Of a DNA stretch of 64,000 bases, positions 37,600 through 47,067 are shown in pieces. Origin of the DNA: Acidobacteriota bacterium (GTDB taxonomy: Bacteria; Acidobacteriota; Thermoanaerobaculia; Multivoradales; UBA5704). The stretch is from NCBI GenBank assembly GCA_040005235.1, contig JBDTZG010000001.1, positions 192,001 to 256,000 on the forward strand. Direction: 5' to 3'. The position numbers and the translations under genes were made by a program. Each line of letters begins with the position of its first letter. Positions within the stretch are counted from its first letter, which is position 1. Under the pieces are notes generated by a model. The model was not told the origin of the DNA. It was given only the letters and a program-made list of their open reading frames with translations, and did not search any database.

Positions 37600-37619
37600 G
37601 CTCCGAGCCTTCGATGTGC

Positions 37620-38205
37620 TCGATGGCGAACACAAACCGCACCGTGTTGAAACTCAAGAGCGCAACCGCGACTCGAAGAACGAGGCCGGGAACGCCGCGT
37701 GCCGGCGCCCGGAGTTGCGAGGGACCAGCCGAAAACCGCGCACCGATCGGCGGTTTCCGCGCCCCCGTGCGGCGAACGCAGCTCCCGGTCGCCGAGCGCT
37801 GCGATCTGGGTGCCGAACGTTGGGCGGCGCAGCGCGAACGCTGCGCACAGGTGCGCGGACGCTACGCACCGGAATTTCGAACGCAAGAAGCGCAACGCAG
37901 AGCGCGAGCGCCGCTCTGCCGAACACAAGTGCTGCTACGCCGAGCGCAAGATGTGGCGCGCGACGTCCCGGAAGCGGTTCGCCGCGCGCGGGGACCCGTC
38001 CCCGGCGTCCGGAACGCAGCGCTTTGTGTTCCCGGCGCGCACGGTAGCGTTCGAAATCCAGGTCGTTGCGTTCGCGCACCTGTGCGTTGCGTCCGCGTAC
38101 CGGTGCATTGCGTTCGTGTCGTGCCCGGTTGCGTTTGGCCACCGGGAAGGTGCGTTCGCGAAGCGGGTCCGGAATGTCGGGCAGCGGGCCGTCGTTTTCG
38201 CGTAG
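37620..38205. repeat. Head-to-head 21-bp-period degenerate array forming a long imperfect inverted repeat
   Basis: GAACGCA-like cores at 37774, 37794, 37815, 37836, 37857, 37879, 37900, 37921, 37942. Reverse cores (TGCGTTC-like) end at 38031, 38052, 38073, 38094, 38115, 38136, 38157. About 37833-37886 is an imperfect reverse complement of about 38045-38096. Confidence 0.85.
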
Positions 38206-38208
38206 CGG

Positions 38209-39405
38209 TCAGCCCACGGCGGCAACCACCTCCCGCACGTTCGCGCCCTCTTCCGCCACCCGATCCAACGCCCGTTCCAGATCGTCCAGCAGGTCGCGCA
38301 CGTCTTCCAGTCCCACCGACAGGCGCAGCAGCTCCGACGTGATCCCGGCCCGCGCTCGCGCCTCTTCGCTCATCGCGGCGTGGGTCATGGTCGCCGGGTG
38401 GGCGATCAAACTCTCCACACCGCCGAGCGATTCGGCGAGGGTGAAACAGGCGAGCCCTTGGACGAAGCGCTCGACCGCGCCCGGGAGGGGATGCAGCTCG
38501 AAGCTCACCATCCCGCCGTAGCCCGCCTGCTGCCGTTTCGCGATCTCGTGCCCCGGATGGTCGGAGAGGCCGGGATAGTGGACCCGGGCGACGCCTGGCT
38601 GCTCGGCGAGGAACGCGGCCACGGCGCGGGCGTTTTCTTCATGGACGCGCATCCGGGCAGAAAGTGTGCGTAGGCCGCGGAGCGTGAGGTAGCTGTCGAA
38701 CGGCGCGCCGGTTAAACCGACCGCATTGGCCCACCAGCCGAGGCGTTCCAGCAAGGCCGGATCTTTCGCCACCACCGCGCCGCCTACGACGTCGCTGTGA
38801 CCGTTCAGATATTTGGTGGTCGAATGGATCACCAGATCGGCGCCGAGCGCGATTGGTTGTTGGAGAGCGGGGGAGAGGAAAGTGTTATCGACGGCCACCC
38901 GGGCGCCGTGCGCATGAGCCAACGCGGCGAGCCGGGTGAGATCGTAGATCCGCAATAGGGGATTGGATGGGCTTTCGATCCATACCCACGCCGGGCGCCG
39001 GGCGAGCGCTTCGCCGAGGGCCGCCGGGTCGCCATAATCGACGAAATCGACGTCGATCCAACCTTTTTCCGCATAGTGGCGCAGCAGGCGATAGGTGCCG
39101 CCGTAGCCGTCGTGCTGGGCGAGCAGCCGATCGCCGGGGGAGAGCAGATGGAGCATCAGGGCCACGGCGGACATGCCGCTCGACGTGACCACCGCGCCCG
39201 CGCCCCCTTCGAGCGCCGCGATCGTCTCGCCGAGCTGGTCGCGGGTAGGGTTCCGGGTCCTTGAATACTCATAGGCGCCGGGCCGTTTGAAGCCGGCAAA
39301 CGCGTAGGTCGCCGAAAGCGTGATCGGCGGCATCACGGCGCCGGTCGTCGGATCGGAACCGATCCCTGCGCGAACCGCGCGGGTGGTCGAACGGAAGGCG
39401 GTCAT
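38209..39405 (-). CDS. metB: Cystathionine gamma-synthase
   Basis: YEYSRTRNPT, SSGMSA, ESPSNP, VDNTF, HSTTKYLNGHSD (PLP Lys), AESLGGVESL, RLSVGLE; met operon context. Confidence 0.92.
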   Translation of the reverse strand: MTAFRSTTRAVRAGIGSDPTTGAVMPPITLSATYAFAGFKRPGAYEYSRTRNPTRDQLGETIAALEGGAGAVVTSSGMSAVALMLHLLSPGDRLLAQHDGYGGTYRLLRHYAEKGWIDVDFVDYGDPAALGEALARRPAWVWIESPSNPLLRIYDLTRLAALAHAHGARVAVDNTFLSPALQQPIALGADLVIHSTTKYLNGHSDVVGGAVVAKDPALLERLGWWANAVGLTGAPFDSYLTLRGLRTLSARMRVHEENARAVAAFLAEQPGVARVHYPGLSDHPGHEIAKRQQAGYGGMVSFELHPLPGAVERFVQGLACFTLAESLGGVESLIAHPATMTHAAMSEEARARAGITSELLRLSVGLEDVRDLLDDLERALDRVAEEGANVREVVAAVG

Positions 39406-40415
39406 CGCGCCACCTCCGCGAGATCCGAGCGGACGATCGCGCCGATCGTCTCCTCTTCTTTGAGGAACGCGTCGTGGCCGTAGCGCGTATCGATTTCGAT
39501 CAGTCGAACCGGTCCGGCGATCCGCCCCGCCAGATCGCGGATCTGCTCGACCGGCACCAGCTCGTCGGACGTGGCGGCGACGAGCGTGACCGGTGAGCTG
39601 ATCTTTTCCGGTTCTACCCTATGCAGGTCGATCGCGAGCGACAGCGAGAGGAACGCCTCGGGGAAAAAGCGCGAAGCGAAATCGCGACCGCGCGCTTCGA
39701 GATAAGACTCCACCGCGAAACGCGCCCTGCCTTCGAGCACCGTCGGCGGATCGGTGAACCGCTCGGCCAGCTCGCGCCGGCTGCGATAGGTGGTGAGCGC
39801 GAGGCCGCGCGCCAGCTCCAAGGCTTCCGGCCCTTCGCCGTGCCGGCTTCCCAGCTCGACGATCCGCCGTTGAATGCTCCGCCAGGCGGAGGCGTGCGGA
39901 TGGCTCTCATGCGCCGCGGAGATCGCCGTCACGCCGCGGAGCCGCTTGGGGGTGAGGGCGGCAAACGCCAGGCCCACCATGCCGCCGTACGAGGCGCCGA
40001 CGAAGCGATCGATCGTTTCGATTCCCAAGTCGTCGAGCAGCGCGAGCAGCGCCCGCGCCTGGTCTTGGGACGAGACGATCGGAAACTCGCTCGATGAATC
40101 CGCGCCCCGCGCCGGCCCCGAGGAGGCGCCGATTCCGCCGAGCCAGTCGGTCGAAAGAACCCGACAACGGTCGGTGTCGATCGCGCGTTCCGGGCCAACC
40201 ACCCCCTGCCACCAGCCCGGGGAAGGATCAAGGCTCGTTGCGGTGACGTGGCGGCCGGCGGAGATCCCTCCTTGCACCACCACCAGCGGCGCGTCGGGCG
40301 GCCCGGTCAGCTCGAACGCGAGCAGCCCGGAACGGAGTGCGCCGCCATGCTCGAGCGGAAATTCGAGCGGCAGATGGTACAGGCCGGTTCCCGCCGTGAT
40401 CTCGACCGCGCTCAT
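39402..40415 (-). CDS. metX: Homoserine O-acyltransferase (alpha/beta hydrolase; acetyl vs succinyl not determinable)
   Basis: GGISAG, GWWQGVVG, GASYGGM (Ser), SDELVP (Asp), YGHDAFL (His). Translationally coupled on both sides. Confidence 0.9.
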   Translation of the reverse strand: MSAVEITAGTGLYHLPLEFPLEHGGALRSGLLAFELTGPPDAPLVVVQGGISAGRHVTATSLDPSPGWWQGVVGPERAIDTDRCRVLSTDWLGGIGASSGPARGADSSSEFPIVSSQDQARALLALLDDLGIETIDRFVGASYGGMVGLAFAALTPKRLRGVTAISAAHESHPHASAWRSIQRRIVELGSRHGEGPEALELARGLALTTYRSRRELAERFTDPPTVLEGRARFAVESYLEARGRDFASRFFPEAFLSLSLAIDLHRVEPEKISSPVTLVAATSDELVPVEQIRDLAGRIAGPVRLIEIDTRYGHDAFLKEEETIGAIVRSDLAEVAR

Positions 40416-41560
40416 GCGACACCTCCCGCCACGACGGTCTCGAAGCTTCGCGCCGATGCTCGGCCCAAACCGCGAGCCAAGGCGAGCACGTCGGCCAGAA
40501 GCGCCTCGGCCGTCCCCTCCGGCCCCAGGCCGGAGCCGACGTGAACGCGCAGGCCGCGCCCGGTCTTGTAGGCATAGACCACACGATCCGAAGGAACCGC
40601 GAGATGGCTGCCGCGCGGGATCTCTTCGTAGGCGAGGCTGAAACTTCCGTCGCGCGAGGCGCGGCCGATCAACCGCGTGGTGGACCGGCGATCCCGCCGC
40701 TCGCGAAGCAAGTCGGGATCGAGCGCGTGGAGATTCAACTTCGCAACGTCTGCAGGCGAGAGCGGGAAACCCCACAACGCGCGCACGACGATCGAGAGCT
40801 TCACCGCCGCGTCCGAACCGTCGAGATCCTGTGCCGGATCGGTTTCGAGCAGCCCGCGCCGGGTGGCGGAAGCGATCCCCTCTTGGCGGCTCCGGCCCGC
40901 TTCGATCTCTTCGATCAACGCGGTGGTCGAGGCATTGCCTACTATCTCCACTGCGGTACAGGTCGCGCGAAGGTCCGCCATCTCGGCGGTGAGATGCGCC
41001 CCCGTGCCGCCGAGCACGGCGTTCAATCCGACCCGCGAATGATTCCGCGGAGAGAGGAGATCCTCGCCGGCAAAGCAGAGGGCGTCTTTGGCGGCGAGCG
41101 CCAACCGCGCGCCACGGTCGAGGATCGAGCGGCAGCGGCTGGCGGCGATCTCGGGTTGGGCGAGATCGGTCGGAGTCGCATCGATCACCAAGTCGGCGCC
41201 GACCAACGCAAGCCCGTCCTCGGTCGAAATCGCGAGCCCGCCGTGATGCGGCCCGAGCGATCCGCCGCGCGATTTGAAAGCCGCGACGGCGCGCGGCTCC
41301 AGGCCGCGGGGATCGAACAGGGTGCCGGTCGAATCGGAGACGGCGAGCAAGCGCAGCGGCAGGCGGGCGATCCGTTCGAGGAACGCGCGTCCCACTTTGC
41401 CGGGACCGAGAAGGTGGAGCGTGGGAATCGAAGAGGGCGAGTACGTCGAGGCTAAGGATGGGTGAAGCGTCTCGGCAGAGGCGGCCGAAATGGGCGAAGT
41501 GGGCGAGCTTCCCGAACAGGTGAATCCGGAGGAGGGCGAGGCGGAGGCGGCGGTCGTCAT
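40412..41560 (-). CDS. hom: Homoserine dehydrogenase, divergent
   Basis: LLGPGKVG Rossmann motif, VIDAT, LAAKD, GLLETDPAQDLDGSDAAVKL; first gene of the met operon, AAGGAG RBS. Confidence 0.78.
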   Translation of the reverse strand: MTTAASASPSSGFTCSGSSPTSPISAASAETLHPSLASTYSPSSIPTLHLLGPGKVGRAFLERIARLPLRLLAVSDSTGTLFDPRGLEPRAVAAFKSRGGSLGPHHGGLAISTEDGLALVGADLVIDATPTDLAQPEIAASRCRSILDRGARLALAAKDALCFAGEDLLSPRNHSRVGLNAVLGGTGAHLTAEMADLRATCTAVEIVGNASTTALIEEIEAGRSRQEGIASATRRGLLETDPAQDLDGSDAAVKLSIVVRALWGFPLSPADVAKLNLHALDPDLLRERRDRRSTTRLIGRASRDGSFSLAYEEIPRGSHLAVPSDRVVYAYKTGRGLRVHVGSGLGPEGTAEALLADVLALARGLGRASARSFETVVAGGVA

Positions 41561-41698
41561 GGCGAAATCTCCTTTGAGTCTCGACGCACGAACGCGTCGA
41601 GGGCAATTCCGGAGATCGCGGGGGTAAAGCGTCGTCGGGGAAAGCGTCCGGCGGTACTAACTAGAATTGAGGGCGAAGACCCCCATGCACCGTTCGGA

Positions 41699-41839
41699 CT
41701 CATCTTCCGGCGAACCGCTCGACCCGGAGCAAAAAATCTCCGGAGGGTTTCCGTTGGATTTGGCACCACTGCAAGGGATTTCTCCCTCGAAGGTTGCCCC
41801 GGCGTCTGCGGGCCAATTCCCTCAGCCGGTCTCGATGAG
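41699..41839 (-). ncRNA. SAM-I riboswitch (S-box)
   Basis: Minus strand CTCATCGAGA-ccggct-GAGGGAATTGGCCC-gcaGAcgCCggg-GCAACC...GGTGCCAAATCC...GGAAGATGAG matches the SAM-I consensus with P1 CTCATC/GATGAG; upstream of hom-metX-metB. Confidence 0.93.
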
Positions 41840-41885
41840 CAGGCGGATTGTGCGGGGAAGGGACGGAGTTGTCAAACGGTGGTCG

Positions 41886-44800
41886 CTACTTTCCCCCTGC
41901 CCAGACCCCCGGCAACCCAGCCCCCTGGGCCTGCCGGTCGAGGGCCGCGACATCTCCCGAGATCAAACCGTCCAGCTCGGCAACATCCTTGTCGAGCTCG
42001 GCTTTTTCCCGGGCGTACTCTTCGCGCATGCCTTGGGTCGGAGCTCCGTCGCCTCCCTTGACGGTATCGAACAGCGGCGCCAGGCGCGAGTAGAGCTTCG
42101 CTCCTCCTTCGAAGGCGAGGATGTCGTAGATCACGGTCGCTTTCGGATTGTGGAGCTTGCCTTCGAGCGCGTCGAGCTTGGCCACCGCGGCCTCAGAAGC
42201 TTTGACTAGGGCAGCTTTCGAATCGTCCTTGCGGATCAGATCGGCGCGGGCGGCGACTTGTCTTTTGACCGAGCGCAGTTTTTCGACCGTGCGGGTGAGG
42301 CGGGTGAGGTCGTCGCGGACGGCGAGCGAGAGATCGAGCTGCGCCGCGAGGTCGGCGGTGACGGCGGGGAAGCGCGGGTCGGGGAGGACCTTGGCGGTCA
42401 TGCTCTGGCTCTGTCCGTCGACACTCAGTTTGAACGTGTAGGTTCCCGGCAGGGCGGTCGGACCGTAGAGAGGATAGCCGGCGTCCAGAATGCCGCCGGG
42501 GACCATTTCAGCGCCGTCCCAGAGGAGGTCCCAGGAAGCGAGGTTGAGCCCCAGCTCCTTGCCCAGCACCCGGTCTTTGAGGCCGTCCACCTCGTCCTTC
42601 ACGTACTCCGTGCTGCCGGTCGCTTCGGCCGCCTTGCTGCTGCGGCGGGCGACCAGGCGGCCGGAGTCGGTGTAGACCTCCAGCGCCACGTCGCCCTTCG
42701 GCGCCTTGCCCAGCCAGTAGGCGACGCGCACGCCGCGGTCGGGGTTGCTAGCGGTCCACACCCCTTGGCGGGCCACCCCTTCGCGCAGCGTCCAACGGAC
42801 CGCGTCGGGCCCGGGGAAAAGATGCAGGTCGCCCTTTCTCGCCTCTTCCGACAGCTGGAACAGGAGCGAGGTGTCGTCCAGCATCCACATTGAACGGCCG
42901 TGAGTGCCGACCACCAGGCTGTTGCCCGAGACCGCAAGGTCGTGAACCGCCACGGTAGGCAGGTTCAGCTTGAGCGAGCGCCAGGTGGTTCCGTCGTCGG
43001 TCGAGAAGAGGACGCCCCGCTCGGTCCCGAGATAGAGCACCCCCGGCCGCGCGGAGTCGGCGCGGACGGCGTGGAGGTAGACGTCGCGCCGTAGGCCGGA
43101 GGCGGGCTTTCCGCCCATTCCCAGCCGCTTCCAGCTTTTGCCGAAGTCGGTCGTCTTCCAGAGATAGGGCGCCATGTCGTCCATCCGGTGGTTGTCGACC
43201 ACCAGATAGGCGGTCCCGGCGTCCTTTGCCGAGGGCTCGATCATCGACACCGTGCCCCATTCCGGAAAGCCGGGCACCGCGGCCGTGACGTTGTCCCAAT
43301 GGGCGCCGCTGTCGCGGGTGATCTGCACCAGACCGTCGTCGCTACCGGTCCAGATCGTACCCGCGGCGACCGGCGACTCGGCGACTGCGAAGATCGTGGC
43401 ATAGGTCTCCACCCCGGTGTTGTCGCCGGTGATCGGCCCGCCCGACCACTTCTGCGTCGACTTGTCGTTGCGCGTCAAATCCGGGCTGATCGCCTCCCAA
43501 GTCTGCCCCGCGTCGCGGGTGCGGAAGAGGACGTTGCTCCCGTGATAGACGGTCTTCGGATCGTGCGGCGAGGTAGCGATCGGCGCGGTCCACTGGAAAC
43601 GGTAGAGGAGATCCTCGCCGCCATGGCCGGAAGGGTTGTCCGGGTAGATGCTGACGTTGCGGGTCTGGCCCGTCTCGCCGTTGTAGCGGGTGATCGTCCC
43701 GCCGTACTCCCCGGCGTAGATGATGTCCGGATCGGCGGTGTCCGAGGCGACGAAACCCGCTTCGCCCCCCCCCACTCCGCGCCAGTCGACGTTGCGGATT
43801 CCGGTGTGGGCGAGGGTGTCGGACGGCCCCTGCGCGGTGCCGATGTCCTGGAGCGCGCCGGCCACCCAGAACGGCCTGCGGCTGTCGATCGAGGCATGGT
43901 AGAACTGGCCGATCGGCAGTGACGGCGAGCTCCAGTTTTCGCCGCCGTCGAACGAGACGTCCACCCCGCCGTCGTTGCTCGCGATCATTCGCTTCGGATT
44001 CTTCGGATCGAACCAGATGTCGTGGCAGTCGCCGTGGTGCAGCCCCTCGACGAAGTCGAAGGTCTTGCCGCCATCGATCGACTTGAGCATCGGCACGTTC
44101 GGGCACCAGACCTCGTTCGGGTTGGTCGGATGGACGGCGAGGGTCGAGTAATACCAGGCGCGCTGCCGGATGCGCCGATCGCCGGAGACGAGCGTCCAGC
44201 TCTCGCCGCCGTCGTCGGAGCGGAACAGGCCGCCTTTCTCGTTCTCGATCAGCGCGTAGACCCGCCGACTGTCGGACGGCGCCACCGCCACGCCCACCTT
44301 CCCCCAGATGCCGTCGGGCAGGCCGCTGCCGGTGAGCTGCTTCCAGGTGTCTCCCCCGTCGCGCGACAGCCAGAGGCCGCTGCCCGGGCCGCCGCTGGTC
44401 ATCTCCCAAGGGCGCCGCCGGGCCTGCCAGAGGCCGGCGAACACGAGGTTCGGATTGTTCGGATCGAGCGTCACCGCGGAGGCGCCGGTCCATTCGTCTT
44501 TTTTGAGCACCTGTATCCAAGTTCGGCCGCCATCCCTCGTCCGGTAGACGCCGCGCTCCGGATTCGGGCCGAAGGCATGGCCGAGCACCGCGGCGTAGGC
44601 GATGTTCGGATCACGCGGATCCACCGCCATCTGGCCGATCTGCCCTGCCTGGTTCCAGACGTGGTTCCAGCTCTTGCCCGCGTCGGTCGACTTATAGATG
44701 CCGTTTCCCGCCGCCACGTTGCCGCGGATGTTCGCCTCGCCCGAGCCGACGTAGATCACGTTCGGGTCGGACGGCGCGATCGCGAATGAGCCGATCGAGG

Positions 44801-45137
44801 AGATCGGCTGGTCGTCGAAGATCGGCGAGAAGGTCTTGGCGCCGTCGGTCGATTTCCAGACGCCGCCGGAAGCCGCCGTGAAGTAGAACAGGTTCGGGTC
44901 GCCGGGGACCCCCGCCGCGCGCGTCGTCCGCCCGCCCCAGGCCGGGCCGAGCAGCCGGTACTTCAGCCCCTTGACGCCGGGAGGATCTTCGAGCTTGACC
45001 TCTTGGTCGACCTTCTGCGTGCCGTCTTTCGGCGGGGCGTCGCTCGAAGGCGGGGCGCCCGCGGCCAAGGGACCGGTCCACAGGAAAAGCGCGAGTGCGA
45101 GGGTCGAGAGATGGATCAGGCGGCGGATCGAGTGCAT
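41886..45137 (-). CDS. Secreted VPS10/BNR-repeat glycosyl hydrolase-like protein
   Basis: Signal peptide; YRLLGPAWGGR, GGVWKSTDG, GSGEANIRGN, RQRAWYY, NDGG, RFQWTAP, THGRS; coiled-coil tail. Confidence 0.88.
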   Translation of the reverse strand: MHSIRRLIHLSTLALALFLWTGPLAAGAPPSSDAPPKDGTQKVDQEVKLEDPPGVKGLKYRLLGPAWGGRTTRAAGVPGDPNLFYFTAASGGVWKSTDGAKTFSPIFDDQPISSIGSFAIAPSDPNVIYVGSGEANIRGNVAAGNGIYKSTDAGKSWNHVWNQAGQIGQMAVDPRDPNIAYAAVLGHAFGPNPERGVYRTRDGGRTWIQVLKKDEWTGASAVTLDPNNPNLVFAGLWQARRRPWEMTSGGPGSGLWLSRDGGDTWKQLTGSGLPDGIWGKVGVAVAPSDSRRVYALIENEKGGLFRSDDGGESWTLVSGDRRIRQRAWYYSTLAVHPTNPNEVWCPNVPMLKSIDGGKTFDFVEGLHHGDCHDIWFDPKNPKRMIASNDGGVDVSFDGGENWSSPSLPIGQFYHASIDSRRPFWVAGALQDIGTAQGPSDTLAHTGIRNVDWRGVGGGEAGFVASDTADPDIIYAGEYGGTITRYNGETGQTRNVSIYPDNPSGHGGEDLLYRFQWTAPIATSPHDPKTVYHGSNVLFRTRDAGQTWEAISPDLTRNDKSTQKWSGGPITGDNTGVETYATIFAVAESPVAAGTIWTGSDDGLVQITRDSGAHWDNVTAAVPGFPEWGTVSMIEPSAKDAGTAYLVVDNHRMDDMAPYLWKTTDFGKSWKRLGMGGKPASGLRRDVYLHAVRADSARPGVLYLGTERGVLFSTDDGTTWRSLKLNLPTVAVHDLAVSGNSLVVGTHGRSMWMLDDTSLLFQLSEEARKGDLHLFPGPDAVRWTLREGVARQGVWTASNPDRGVRVAYWLGKAPKGDVALEVYTDSGRLVARRSSKAAEATGSTEYVKDEVDGLKDRVLGKELGLNLASWDLLWDGAEMVPGGILDAGYPLYGPTALPGTYTFKLSVDGQSQSMTAKVLPDPRFPAVTADLAAQLDLSLAVRDDLTRLTRTVEKLRSVKRQVAARADLIRKDDSKAALVKASEAAVAKLDALEGKLHNPKATVIYDILAFEGGAKLYSRLAPLFDTVKGGDGAPTQGMREEYAREKAELDKDVAELDGLISGDVAALDRQAQGAGLPGVWAGGK

Positions 45138-45499
45138 GCGGCGTCCTCGCGAAAGGGAGGTTGGGGGAGTCCGGGGTCCGAAGAGCCTAGCCCATGGTGG
45201 CGCTCCAGGCCAGGCCGGCCGGGAGGAGGATTTGCGCGAGGAAGGCTCCGGGCGAACTGAAGCCCGGAGGAAAGGAGGGGGGGATGCGGAGGGTGAAAAA
45301 CGGCGCCGATCTTTTGGGGAGACGGGGCACCGAGGGAACGGTAAGAAAACGAAAGGAAAGATTAAAGCTGCGCGGCGCGAGCCGAAACGATCGCCGAGAG
45401 GAGCGGAAACGATCGCCCCGGCTTCGCGCCGCGGGATCTCGGACGACCCGAGATCCAACGCCGGGGAGAGTACGGCGCCGGACTCGGGGGGTGCTATCG

Positions 45500-45830
45500 A
45501 AATCTTGACTGTTTGTATACCGCTTGGTCGATCGTGAAATCGGCAACCCTACCCGGCGCGTCGGCGACACGTCGCCGACGCGTCGGTTCGGCGCTCTCGG
45601 ACTTCTAGATTGCGAGCCGATGGAGTCGACCGCCATCAGGGGAAAACTGAATTTCGCCTCCAAAAAAACTAACCTCAGTTGCAACTCGCACGAATGAAAG
45701 CGTTTCGATTTGGAGCGGCATGCTTCTTGAAAATAGTTCGTTCCCGAACCACGATCAGCGGGTATAGTTATTGAAAATTCCAGACAATGTCCGGCGCCGG
45801 TAGCAGGGCGACGGCAAGAAGGAAGGAGGG
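45500..45830 (+). promoter_or_regulatory. AT-enriched divergent regulatory region upstream of the Tad locus
   Basis: Local drop in GC; candidate TTCCCG-N16-TATAGT (45741-45768); TTGAAAAT at 45727 and 45771; hairpin GCGTCGGCGAC-ac-GTCGCCGACGC near 45558. Confidence 0.4.
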
Positions 45831-45837
45831 CGATGAG

Positions 45838-47067
45838 GTGATCGCTCCAGGTTTCGCTGCCGTCGGCGAGGACCCGAGGGTTCTGCGTATCCTGATCGCC
45901 CATGCCGACGCGGCGACCCGGCGGGCGATCGACCAGGCGCTGCGTCGAACCGCCCTCGGTCCGGTCGCGATCTACGAGGCCCCTTCGCTGCTGGACGGCT
46001 TGCGCAACGTCTCGCGGATCGATCCTCACGTCGTCCTCGTTGATCTCTCCGAAGACCGCGACCTGGCGCTCGAGCTGGCCCGCGAGGCGCGGCGCCCGGG
46101 CCGGCTGATCGTCGGCCTGTACAGCCCGCTCGCGGTGCAGGAGCGCGAAGGCGACCTGTTCCGTCGCGCCGCGCGGGCCGGCTTCGGCGATTTCGTGCCG
46201 CTGCCCGCGGCGGAGGACGAGCTGGCGGCGGCGCTTCGCGCGGCGCAGGTCGGACACGGTGCGGCCGCCTCGCCCGCCGGAGAGCGGGCGGAGGGGCGGG
46301 TGGTCGCCTTTGTCGGTCACAAAGGGGGAGTGGGCACCTCGACGCTGGCGGTCAACACGGCGCTTGCGCTCGCGGCCTCCGGGCGGGTCGCCTCGGGCGT
46401 CGCGCTGTGCGACGCCGCGCTCCAGTTCGGCTCGGTCGCGGCGCTGCTCGGGCTGGTGCCCGAGGTCGACCTCGCCGACCTGGTCCGCGATCTCGACGAA
46501 CCCGAAGCGCTCATGAGCTATCTGACGTTCGAGGGGAAGACCCGGCTCGCGGTGCTCGCCGGACCGCGCGATCCGCGCGCGGCGGAAAGGATCTCGCCGG
46601 AGGACTTGGGGCGGGTGCTGATCGCTCTGCGTCGCCGGTTCGGCCTGGTGGTGGTCGACACGCCCGTCCTCCTCGACCTGCTGAGCCTCGCGGTGCTCGA
46701 CCTGGCCGAGACGATCGTCCTGGTCACCGAGGCGCTCGCCCCGACGGTGGTGGCAAGCGCGATCTGGCTCGACCTGTTGGCCGAACAGGGATTCGCCGGC
46801 GATCGGTTTCGCGTTGTGCTCAATCGGCATTCCTCGGCCGCGGGAACTCTGTCGGAGCGGACCGTCGCCGAGCACCTGGGGCGGTCGATCGACCTGATCG
46901 TGCCCGAGCACGAGGCGGTGCGCCCGGCGGGCGCCACCGGCTCGCCGATGTTCCTCGCCCAACCGAAAACGGCGTTCTCCCAAGCGGTGGGCCGGCTCGC
47001 CGAGGCGACACTCGCCGGCGCGGCGCGAGCGGGTTCGGCGCCCGCGCTCCGGAGCCTCTTCGGATGA
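45838..47067 (+). CDS. cpaE: Tad pilus localisation protein CpaE/TadZ (receiver-like + MinD-like ATPase)
   Basis: Degenerate receiver, deviant Walker A GHKGGVGTST, DAALQFG, VVVDTP, VVLNR. Confidence 0.88.
   Translation: MIAPGFAAVGEDPRVLRILIAHADAATRRAIDQALRRTALGPVAIYEAPSLLDGLRNVSRIDPHVVLVDLSEDRDLALELAREARRPGRLIVGLYSPLAVQEREGDLFRRAARAGFGDFVPLPAAEDELAAALRAAQVGHGAAASPAGERAEGRVVAFVGHKGGVGTSTLAVNTALALAASGRVASGVALCDAALQFGSVAALLGLVPEVDLADLVRDLDEPEALMSYLTFEGKTRLAVLAGPRDPRAAERISPEDLGRVLIALRRRFGLVVVDTPVLLDLLSLAVLDLAETIVLVTEALAPTVVASAIWLDLLAEQGFAGDRFRVVLNRHSSAAGTLSERTVAEHLGRSIDLIVPEHEAVRPAGATGSPMFLAQPKTAFSQAVGRLAEATLAGAARAGSAPALRSLFG

Noticed and set aside
37620-38205. CRISPR array or heptad-repeat protein (RCVRAPV...)
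   Set aside because: No identical repeats with 30-40-bp spacers and no cas genes. Spacings of 20 and 22 bp break the coding register, and the repeat orientation inverts midway.
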